From NCBI GenBank assembly GCA_964016885.1, contig OZ024740.1:178002001-178066000 (forward strand): 64,000 nt of DNA. Reading direction: 5' to 3'. The notes below the pieces were generated by a model that saw only the letters and a list, made by a program, of their open reading frames with translations, did no database searches and had not been told where the DNA came from. Position 1 is the first letter of the stretch. Each line of letters starts with the position of its first letter. This document shows positions 39,530 through 51,349 of the stretch, one piece after another. This DNA is from Eledone cirrhosa. Its lineage: Eukaryota. Position numbers and translations under genes: made by a program.

Positions 39530-39643
39530 GTAAAAGATGCCGTTGAAAACAAACAAGGGGTTGAGCTTGGGGACCGAAAATTGTTCTTGGATTATGCAGG
39601 TGGTTCACGGAAAAGAAGAGGCTTTAACGATGGTATATTTTGA
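39530..39643 (+). pseudogene. Orphan fragment of a nucleolin-like RRM gene
   Basis: VKDAVENKQGVELGDRKLFLDYAGGSRKRRGFNDGIF* resembles RRM helix2-beta4 (cf. nucleolin EEKQGTEIDGRSISLYYTG); no start codon or acceptor, begins at a (TA)n tract. Confidence 0.6.
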
Positions 39644-40524
39644 TTTTATTTATTTGACTATCATTTGATAAAAATTAAGCTTCAAATTAATTTAAACTAA
39701 TCGTTAGTTATTTTCTCTTTATGATTATTCTATTTGTGTTGAATACATATTGTCCAGCATTTCACAGCTTAAGAAGTAGGGGTCTGTGTTAAGTCTACTT
39801 TATTTGGTGTAGTAAATTATCTGAACATTCCCTTGCTGGTTTGAGAGTTGAAGGATGTTAGCAGTGAAGAATTTGTCAACCAGGTAAATCATTTATCTCA
39901 ATATGATCTAGAGCAGAGGTTCTTAACCTTTTCCTATCCCCTGCTCCCACCTTCCATTGCGATTTCTAAATTCCATCCTGCACTCCTAGGTCTAGCACTT
40001 AAGACAAAAGAATTTGAATTTTCAAGTCAAATTATCAGCTACTTAGCTGCTACTATTTAATTAATAATTGTTTCTACTTTTGGCACAAGGCCAGCAATTA
40101 CTCAGTGTATTACTGGTACTTTATTTTATCGACCCCGTATTTAATTAATAATGGTAGCTGATTATTTATTAATACTAAGATGAAAGAACATGACAAGTGG
40201 AGAGATGCCGTGCTGAGAAGAACCCATCCAACCCATGCAAGCATGGAAAAGCGGATGTAAAAATCATGAAAAAATTATGATATATATAATTTGTATATAT
40301 ATTTTATAAATAAAAACCTTATCGACCTCTCTTCGGATTTTGGTCTTCCTAATTATTATTACTATTATATATAAATTAATAATTGTTTCTACTTTTGGCA
40401 CAAGGCCAGCAATTATCCCAGTGTATTACTGGTACTTTATTTTATCGACCCCGTAAGGATGAAAGGCAAAGTTAACATTAATAATAAGTAGGAACAAGGT
40501 GTCAGAATATCATGATTAAGTTTA

Positions 40525-42526
40525 CTAGCAAAAGAACCGCCCTTCGTATGCATATTGATATATACAAATATATATGCACATAGATATGATACGTAAATTG
40601 ATAATATGCACATAAACTGAACAAAGACTTACTACTGTAATCAGTAAAGTTAAAAAAAAGGCGATAATGGAGATGGAAAAGCGATGAAACTGTTGACGGA
40701 AAATGTTCATGAATCTTCACATGAGAATATCGATGCGAAGCTTGAAGCAGTGAATTTGAAAATAGATGCTGCTGGTATGAATGAATGAATTACATTTACC
40801 AATATGAAGAGTTGACCTTCGCTATATTGTTGTTTTACTGTATTCACATATAAACTTCTTAAGTGTTTGTAATGTCCCTTTTCTAACAATTAAAAAGAAA
40901 CTGAAATGTATTTCAACTAAAAGAGAGTGATAGCTGTTTCACATCACTGTAGAATTTCTTTGTAGACACAGTTGTCAGCAAACAGACCCCTTTCATTTAA
41001 TATTTTTATATATTTTTTTTTGTAACTTGTGATAATGCAACATACATCTGACCATGTGAGAAGAATTGTGTTGGTAGATATACACCTATCTTTTCAAATG
41101 TCTGCCCTTGTGTCTTGTTGCATGTAAAGGCAAAGGCTGGTTTGACAGGAAATTGCTTGCGAGTAAAGGTGAAAGGCAACTCAAGCTCTTGAGATACATG
41201 TGGTATCCTTGGGATTAGCAACCTTGTTCCAGCATTGGGACCCAATGCCACTTCAGCTTCAATTACATGATTATGTAAACTGATGATGATGTAGTGTATA
41301 CTCATTGCAATCCTCATTTAGAGGATCCAGATTTCTCAGAAGCATGATGCAGACTGCCTCTCTTCAGTTTAAGTATGTATGTTGGGAAGCCTGATGGGGT
41401 AAGTTTGTTGATGAACTCAATTGGATATTTGCAGTTCATTATCTACTGTAATCAGAGCTTCTGTAGATTATTTCATGACCAGAGAACTTGTTGACCATGA
41501 ACTCATTCACTCAATCTTGCTGCATCATTTGTTGGAGTGATAATGGCTCTATTTGCAATCCATAGTGGGTTTCTGTAGTTTCCTGGAAGAATTGTATACA
41601 CAAAATCACACAGTCCAGACACATTACCATATTCCAGACAAGTTCCATTTCACAGAAGAATTGTGAATGCACCTACAGTTTGGAACACATACAATCTTTC
41701 TTTCTTGCTCTAGCAATTTTATAAAATCAAAGAACAACATACACACATTCACACGCACACACATACACATCAGCATGTTGAAAAAACCATCCGCAAATCG
41801 CTTCATCTTTCTCTTTCACTCTCTCTATATATATAGTATAGATATATGATGCCTGTGTGAGATGCGTGATGCTGCATGGTAGTGAGACATGGGCGGCAAC
41901 TGCAGAGGATATGCGACAGCTGGAGAGAATTGAAGCAAGTATGCTCCGTTGGATGTGCAATGTCAATGTGCCGTGAACGACCAAGCATGGACGAGTTGAG
42001 AAAGAAACTAGGTATAAGAGGGATAAGTTGTGATGTGCAGGAGAGAAGGCTGAGATGGTATGGACATGTGATGCGCATGGAGGATGACCGCTGGGGTAAA
42101 AAAGTGCCAAGAATCCCAGTAGAAGGAAAGACACAGAAGAGCTAGACCACGTAAAACATGGGCGGAGGTGGTGAGATCAGACCTCAGATCACTGAAACTC
42201 GCCAAGGAAATGACGAGGACCGTGACAAGTAGAGAGATGCTGTGCTGAATAAGACCCATCCAACCTTGCAAGCAGGGAAAAGCGGACGTAAAATGATGAT
42301 GATATGATGATACTGGAAATTTGAATCTTTTAAAAGAAGTGAATCTTGAACTATGCAATAATATTTTTAATATATGTTTAATCATGTATTACGAAATTAG
42401 TAGATAAATTATGTAATATTCATTCATTATTTATTTAAAGTAAACCAACTTATTTTACTAACTGGATTAAAAGAAATAAACCGTACACAGTCCCCGCACA
42501 GTCCTTACTTTAAGTAATAGTTTAGA
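40525..42526 (-). mobile_element. Internally deleted Helitron with PIF1 helicase C-terminal remnant (41006-41640)
   Basis: 5' TC at 42526, 3' CTAG at 40525, A|T target; NRAIITPTN, PIEFINKLTPSGFP, IMLLRNLDP, IPRI..LPFTFTRKQFPVKPAFAFTCNKTQGQT...FSHGQMYVALS. Confidence 0.9.
41845..42311 (+). mobile_element. RTE subfamily A 3' fragment nested in the Helitron
   Basis: High similarity to 1119-1595. Confidence 0.92.
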
Positions 42527-44278
42527 TTCAGGCATGACATGCATTAAACTATATATACATAGGATGCTGAAAAAGTTTCTTGCTTGACTTGCTGCTACAG
42601 AGACCTTGTTGGAGGCACAACCTTCTGAGTTCTTTGTAAAGGGCTTAGAAAAACATAAAGTACCACTCCAATAAGTATATGAATCTGATAAAATCATAAT
42701 TACTATTTCTTTTACCCAAAGCCATGAACTTTCCAGCACCATCTTGTATAAATATATATATTTATAAACATATATATTTATAAATATATATATTTGGGAC
42801 TGCTGTTAGCAGATGGAGTCACATTAAAATCAAATTTTCTACCCATGCAAAATTGTTTTCTCATTAATTAACATATTCTAATTTTCTTGGATTGGTGTCT
42901 TAATGATACTGACTTAATTAAATTATTGAGTGAGTGAGAAAACGAACAAAGCTGTGTCAGTCCTATTTGAGAACTTCCTTTCATTACACACACACACACA
43001 CGATGATGATGATGATGATGATATATATATATATATATACACACATATAAAACCAACCAAATTACACTTTTAAAAAGCAACAATTTGAGCCACATTGGTT
43101 AAGGCAAATACAATAAGAACTCCAGCAATTTGAGCCACTCTTTCCACATAAAAGGGAAAGAACTTTCGAACACGAACCAAATGCAAGACAAACCATAACA
43201 TAAACACAAACCCTCCATCTCCATTTTACTTTTGTAATTCATAAGAACTGTGAAACCGGTAAAGCAAATTGATAAACATTTTTAAAGACTCCAGTTGCAT
43301 TTTCAATTTATTTTCCTAATATATATATATATATGAGAAAGAGAAGGAAAGGAAAACAGATATTAAGAGCTGTGTCACAGAATATTGATGTACTCTGGAA
43401 TTTATAATTCTAAGTGATGTACCACTTCAAAGTGGGAATAACGATTTCATAGTGAGCTCATATCACTTAAACAAAACAAACTGACTTCACATTATTAACG
43501 AAGACTACATAATATATGTTCAGATGGATAAAATATAGGAGGAGAAACTTTATCCGTTGAAGACTAGCACGAAATGAAATGCACATGCTTTTTAAATCAC
43601 AGTTGTAATATCTCATTTTCTATATAGCAGCATGAGCAGCTTCTAAGCTGTTGCATCAACAGAATTTTTAGGTTTAGGGCTGCACCTTATAATTTAAGAT
43701 ATAAACTACTTATTCTTAGGACAGTATATTTGAAATGCTGAGACAAACAGAATCAAGTGAACATTCAATAAAGAAGACATGTCTAACAATGCTTACAGCA
43801 GAGCCACACCTATGCCAATTGGACACATTGCTCTTAATTGGACCCCACACCCAAATAACTCCCACGCCCACCATCCAACTCAATTAATCTACTCTCGGTT
43901 TATCAAGTGCGCATATTAACACACTGCAATATATATGAAATACCTGCACTTTCTAGGGTTGGCTCTGACCTTCCCCTCCCCAGTCAGTTCATATATTTTT
44001 ATGATTGTACGATTCATGTGCTTACACCTGAAAAAAGACTGGAAAGTATTAAAACCACTGTCCCATTACTTATAATTAACCAAGCAAATTCACTTCATTG
44101 GCATTACAAATGATGTTATGATGTTATTTCATGCTCTCTGTTCATCTCTCAAATAGTATAGTAAAATCATTGTGTGATAATCTCATTTAAAAATTTCTAT
44201 TCTCAATTTTAAGTCATAACATCTCATTTTGAAATCCTTAACTTCACATTGAACTGATATGTTCTCACTCAGGATTAC

Positions 44279-44283
<5 letters not shown>

Positions 44284-44346
<63 letters not shown>
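44284..44346. repeat. (GA)n microsatellite
   Basis: Pure run. Confidence 0.95.
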
Positions 44347-44350
<4 letters not shown>

Positions 44351-44704
44351 GAGATAATCTATGTTATAAAAGAGCTGTTTCTCCTTCTGTCTATCCCTCA
44401 CAACATACATATAGGAGGGGGGAAAGGTGGGGAGAGAAAAGTTGTAATTGAGAGAGAGAGTATGTGTGCAAGATGGATGGATCATTTATGATGTGAGAAT
44501 GAAAATGGTGGTGACAGACTTTTAAAAAATGACATTCATTATAGTGACAGGTTGTTGCTGTTGTTGTGAGAGAAAATACATTGAGAGAGTGTGTGTGTGA
44601 AACAAAGATGAATCAATTATAACAAACATGAGAATGAAAGTGATAATGACAGACTTTAAAAAAAAAAAAGATCATGACATTAGTCTGACACACACATATA
44701 TATA

Positions 44705-44744
<40 letters not shown>

Positions 44745-44823
44745 ACATTTTCACTATACATGGCTGAATACAATAAATGTAATTGATAAACATTTTTAAA
44801 GACTCCAGTTGCATTTTCAATTT

Positions 44824-45477
44824 AGTTTTTTGAATATTAATAACACCATTCGATTTGTTTGCAATTATACAAACATGCCTCATTTTTATAGCCATGTCAG
44901 TAGAATAAAACCTTCATTCTTGCTCTTTTGTTGGCATGTAAACAGAACTGCAGACACTAATGTTTCTGGGTTTCACACTTCATCAGTACAGCTCACTGTT
45001 CACCTGCCAACTGCCAGAGCTAGTGAAAATATATGCTATTTTCTAAAATATACAGTGACTGATCGGCCTGATTTGCATATTAGCAGACTGGCCAATTAGT
45101 CAGATTTGCGTTTATCGCTCGTAAACAGGAAACTGACTGGCCAGTCTGCTGATATACAAATCTGGCTGATCAGTGGATCTGCTAATATGCAAATCTGACT
45201 GATCAGCCAGTCTGCTAATATGCAAATCAGGCTGATCAGTGACTGTATATTTTAGAAAATAGCATTTATTTTCACTAGCTCTGGCAGTTGGCAGGTGAAC
45301 AGTGAGCTGTACTGATGAAGGGTGATACCCAGAAACATTAGTGTCTGCAGTTTTGTTTACATACCAACAAAAGAGCAAGAATGAGGGGTTCATTCTACTA
45401 ACATGGCTATAAAAATGAGGCATGTTTGTATAATTGCAAATGAATCGAATGTTGTTATTATTATTCGAAAAACTCAG
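44824..45477. repeat. Fold-back element: ~270 bp inverted arms, central 33-bp repeats
   Basis: ORFs 44809+ and 45112- are near-identical translations of the two arms. Confidence 0.92.
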
Positions 45478-45750
45478 ATTACATTTATATATATATATAT
45501 ATATATACATACATGGAGTTGCGACCGATAGTATTAGCAATTGGAAAGACCAACGGAAACATTGTTTCCTCGGTCCGATTTGACGAAAGTCGATCGAGTA
45601 AAAAAATATATATATAAAGGGATTGTGGTAAGGAACCAGATGGACTATAACGCACCAGATTACTCAATACTTAGGATAGTAGAGTGGGAAATAGGAAAAA
45701 GTATGACCCCGACGGCAGAGCTCAAGCCGTTTCGACGGCTATTTCTGGAC

Positions 45751-45797
45751 TATATATATATATATATTTACATACATATATATATACATATATATAC

Positions 45798-45870
<73 letters not shown>

Positions 45871-46164
45871 ATTTTAACAAATGGAAACTATATTTATTTT
45901 ATTTTATTATATTTTTTTTAATTTTATTTTTCCATTTGTTAATATATTGTATATTTACTCCACTAAGCTGTAGAGTGCTTTATATCAGTTATAAACATTT
46001 TTAAGCTTGTTGAATCCCAACAAAATAAATATAACCTCTGCATATATATATATATATATTTACATATATATATATATATACATATACATTCATACATATA
46101 TATATACATATATACATACATACATATATATACATATATATATATACATACATATACATACATA

Positions 46165-46196
<32 letters not shown>

Positions 46197-46210
46197 CATA
46201 TATATACATA

Positions 46211-46242
<32 letters not shown>

Positions 46243-46257
46243 CATATATATACATAT

Positions 46258-46288
<31 letters not shown>

Positions 46289-46307
46289 CATACATACATA
46301 TATATAT

Positions 46308-46338
<31 letters not shown>

Positions 46339-46385
46339 CATACATATATATACATATATATATATACATACATACATATATATAT

Positions 46386-46416
<31 letters not shown>

Positions 46417-46922
46417 CATACATATTTATGTATACATACATATATATATATGCATACATATATATATATACATACATATATATATATACATACATATATA
46501 TATATGCATACATATATATATATATATACATACATATATATATATACATACATATATATATATACATACATATATATATACATACATATATATATACATA
46601 CATATATATATACATACATATATATATACATATATATATATATACATATATATATATACATACATATATATATATACATACATATATATATATACATACA
46701 TATATATATATACATACATATATATATATACATACATATATATATATACATACATATATATATATACATACATATATATATACATACATATATATATACA
46801 TACATATATAGATATGCATACATATATATATACATATATATATATGCATACATATATATATACATATATATATATGCATACATATATATGCATACATATA
46901 TATATACATATATATATATATG

Positions 46923-46966
<44 letters not shown>

Positions 46967-46994
46967 TACATATATATATACATATATATATATG

Positions 46995-47064
<70 letters not shown>

Positions 47065-47400
47065 CATACATGGTGGCTGCCAACTCGTTTTCGAGTACGG
47101 CCACTACTTTATATCCATGTAGGAGAACTCCTACCAATGCGCTGAACGAGTGACATTTTAGTCCAGCCAGCAACTTGAAAACTCTGGTACAAACACTACA
47201 CTTGTGAAAATTATTGACACATAGTGCTGGGCCCATGGTACCATGTGACGACAAGTGCAGAGAGATCTCCAGATATAAAGCAATGCCTGTGCCGTGAAGC
47301 TTTTATAGTGAGCAAAGGCACTGCACACATATATATGTATGTATATATATATATACATACATATATATATATATACATACATATATATATATATACATAC

Positions 47401-47432
<32 letters not shown>

Positions 47433-47590
47433 ATATACATATACATATATATACATATACATATATATATATATACATATACATATATATATATATACAT
47501 ATACATATATATATATATACATATACATATATATATATATACATATACATATATATATATATACATATACATATATATATATACATATAC

Positions 47591-47630
<40 letters not shown>

Positions 47631-47806
47631 ATACATATACATATATATATATATATACATACATATATATATATATACATATACATATACATATATATAC
47701 ATATATATATACATATATATACATATACATATATATACATATATATATATATACATATATATACATATACATATATATACATATATATATATATACATAT
47801 ATATAC

Positions 47807-47839
<33 letters not shown>

Positions 47840-47840
47840 C

Positions 47841-47885
<45 letters not shown>

Positions 47886-47890
47886 TATAC

Positions 47891-47921
<31 letters not shown>

Positions 47922-48050
47922 CATATATATATATACATATATATACATATATATATATATACATATATATATATACATATATATATATAAATATATATAT
48001 ATATACATATATATATATACATATATATATATAAATATATATATATATAC

Positions 48051-48099
<49 letters not shown>

Positions 48100-48200
48100 T
48101 ATAAACATATATATATACACATATATATATATACATATATATTTAATATATATATACATACATATATATATATATATATACATACATATATATATATATA
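45751..48200. repeat. Giant (TA)/(TACA)/(TGCA) microsatellite complex with two unique-sequence islands (45866-46040, 47070-47325)
   Basis: Visible; source of all YI-rich ORFs. Confidence 0.97.
47070..47325 (-). mobile_element. 3' end of an RTE-type LINE with terminal C2H2-like finger
   Basis: WR..C...[19 protein letters not shown] followed by short UTR running into (TATG/TA)n. Confidence 0.55.
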
Positions 48201-48634
48201 GTAAAATAAAAAAATATATATTTATTTATAATAGTATATATTATCCTAAACGGACGGTAGTGGTTTCGTTGGCAATCGTCTGTTTACGACAGTACAGCAC
48301 GGCTCTACTTTATTTAACTGAGATAAAACTTATATGAGCATGAACAGTAGATCATTACGCATCTTTTGGCTTAAAAATCTAGAAATTTCGTCCAGCGGGA
48401 AAAAGTTTATAATCAAAGTTTGCTGATAAATCTTGTGTTCAAGTGAGTGAGTAGTAAGCGTGACGCTAGGGGAGGTAATCCAGAAATGACGTAGCTTTGT
48501 CATTAAGCCAGTTGCCTCAACTAGATTGCAATTATACTCAAAAGAACTTTAAAATGTCAATCACTTGTCAGTAATTCACTATGATCATTTAATTATTAGA
48601 TAGTTGTTGCTTGCATTGCCTTAAAAAATAGTAG

Positions 48635-49711
48635 ACCAGATAGAAAAATGCGTACAGCAAAAAAAAGTAATATTGTTGGAATATAAACCTTTAAAAATAC
48701 AGGACAAGAAACTAAAATAAAACTTTAAAAGAATAGGACAAGAAACTAAGATAAAACTTTAAAAGAATAGGACAAGAAACTAAGATAAAACTTTAAAGAA
48801 TTGGACAAGAAATAAAAAAATTTACAATAATATTAGTGGCAACATTTTTTTATTCGTTTCCTGTGCTATGCCCCAGTATCTTCTTGATTAGTGCATAATA
48901 ATTGTCATGCTCTCATTGTGCGTTGCCCCTGAGCGGTTGGTTCTGGTTGGGGTTGGTTGGCTGAGCAGTTCTGCTCCGTCAGAATGACCATTGCAAGAAG
49001 AATTGGCCGATGCAACTGCAGGTCTCCTCCAAGAATGTACTTCTGGTCCCGCAACACCAGACGAAGATGGAGAAGACGACCGGGACAAGATGTCGACTCT
49101 GACCACCGACTACGGCACCTCCCTCCCTCTGTCCCATCATCCCTCCAGTCCTCCTGCTCCCCCTTCCTGTACCAGAAAGCTGTGGCACGCATTCATCTGG
49201 ACTGCCGGATTTGAACTCAAGGACAAGATGCAAGGAGAAGATGGACGGGTTGGTCAAGATCAAGGATGAGCGGGACGACAAAACCGTCCGCTGCTGCTCA
49301 AGATCTGTGCTCATGGGCCCATAGGTCCATTCACATTATGCATGACACATGAGTCGTGTCGCCGAATGATGAAATAGGGGTATGGTTATGGCCCAATTGG
49401 TGTTCAAACCAGGTTCAAATGATCCCCCCGGTCTGACGACGACCTCTGAATGTGAAACCCAGAGCCTATGAATGTGGAACTCGATTTTTTACCAATAAAA
49501 ATTTTGCCACTAATATTATTGTAAAATTTTTTATTTCTTGTCCAATTCTTTAAAGTTTTATCTTAGTTTCTTGTCCTATTCTTTTAAAGTTTTATCTTAG
49601 TTTCTTGTCCTATTCTTTTAAAGTTTTATTTTAGTTTCTTGTCCTGTATTTTTAAAGGTTTATATTCCAACAATATTACTTTCTTTTGCTGTACGCATTT
49701 TTCTATCTGGT
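48635..49711. mobile_element. Fold-back element: ~215 bp near-perfect inverted arms around a 650 bp GC-rich core (possible Penelope-like remnant)
   Basis: 48635-48850 is the reverse complement of ~49497-49711; each arm has ~3.5 copies of a 34-bp unit AGGACAAGAAACTAAGATAAAACTTTAAAAGAAT. Confidence 0.75.
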
Positions 49712-49719
49712 ATTTATTA

Positions 49720-50230
49720 CTAGCAGAAAAACCACCCTTCAGGTGGTTTTCTGCTAGCATATGTAGTGTGTATATTGATATTATACACAAGTATATATAC
49801 ATGTAGATATGATACATCAAATAAAATCGTAATTGATAATATAAACAGAAATTGAACGAAGACGTTGTTACACTGTCTTATGTAATCAGTAACGTAATCC
49901 ATGATACATTAAAAAAAGACAATATTATATATAAACTTCATTAGGAGAAAATTAGTATGTTTATTTAAGTGATCATCACCGGAAGTGTTGACATCACACA
50001 CTCTCTCTTTCTCTATATATGGTAGTTGAAGTGGTGGTGGCATCGATATACCGGAAGTGCAACTTTGAAAAGAAGTCAATTTTAAATTATTTATTTTTAC
50101 GAAATTTAGTAGATAAATTATGTAATATTCATTCATTATTTATTCAAAGTAATCCAACTTATTTTACTAACGAGATAAAAAATAATAAACCGTACGCAGT
50201 CCCGCAGACCTTCCTTTATCATAGTTTAGA
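49720..50230 (-). mobile_element. 511 bp non-autonomous Helitron related to 40525-42526
   Basis: 5' TCTAAACTAT and 3' hairpin plus CTAG; 50101-50230 matches 42392-42526; A|T target. Confidence 0.88.
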
Positions 50231-50390
50231 TATATAAATTAACAATTTTATTTATTATATATTATTTACAATTTGTGTGTAGGTAAGTTTCTCTGGAAAT
50301 AAGGTTAGGGGTCGCTGAGGGTATTATGTGGCCATGAGAGGGGTTGGCGGGTTAGAAAGTTTGAGAACCTCTGTATTAAACAAATATTAC

Positions 50391-50501
50391 CATATGGAGG
50401 GCGGACAGTAAAAGCATTTTCAGTGTCAAGCAACGAGCTTCTCCAGGAGAACTCTGCTGGATAATTCAGTGTATTGGAAAGAGTGATTACTTCAGAAAAA
50501 G
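50391..50501 (-). CDS. CFAP47: CFAP47-like exon AFSEVITLSNTLNYPAEFSWRSSLLDTENAFTVRPPY
   Basis: tttttgcag acceptor, GTAAT donor; 111 nt, phase 1 to 1. Confidence 0.88.
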
Positions 50502-50729
50502 CTGCAAAAACAGAAAGGAAATGACTAGATCAGGAAATAATAGTTCACATTTTTCTTTGCCATACTAACCTTCTACCATGTTTCATCTTACAGTTTGAAA
50601 TTTCAAATTGATAAACTGAGATGTTGACATAAATCACAATCAGGGAAAGATGGAGAGAAGGAGAGAGATATAGAGAGTGATTGAAAAAAGTATAAGCAAA
50701 AATAATAATTTTCTAAATCCTTTTAATAC

Positions 50730-51262
50730 ATCATCAACATCATCATCGTTTAATGTCTATCTTCCACGTTAGCATGGGTTAGACGGGAGTTGTCCCACTT
50801 GAGGCAAGGTTGGTCGGGTGACGATGTCTCGCTCATATAGGACTATCTGGCAGGTTTTCCACGGCTGGATGCCCTTCCTAACACCAACCACATTTACAGT
50901 ATGGACTGGGAACTTTTTACCGTGTTACCTACATGGCCACATTACAGGGTAGACTGTGTTTTTTGTCGTGACAGCTACACGATCTCGATCTCATTTTATC
51001 ATTTATTTGGACTGGATGTTGTGGTACCAACTTTACAGAGAAAGGGTGGTGTTGGTTGGCGTGGGAGGATGGAGTAGGGGTAGTGAGTTGGGGTGTATAT
51101 TTGGTTAAGAGGTGTCTATTGACTGTAGATTTCGCTTTGTACATAGGCAAGGCAGGTCTTCTGTATTACTGCGTGGCGCCAAAGATCTCGGTCCAGTGAC
51201 ACCGTCTTAGAAGTGCAAGTGTGTAAGGTCGGAATTTATCAAATCGTCCCAGGTTTTTCTGA
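50730..51262 (-). mobile_element. RTE subfamily B 3' fragment
   Basis: Matches 25910-26420. Confidence 0.88.
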
Positions 51263-51349
51263 TTACATACTGTTTAAATATTTTTTTTTAAATAATTTGA
51301 TTTCAAAAGTTTAATTTAAATGTAAAACAACCATGAGAGTGCGAGTTTG

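Noticed and set aside
45963-48201. Many 200-400 aa Tyr/Ile ORFs
   Set aside because: Translations of the (TA)n microsatellite
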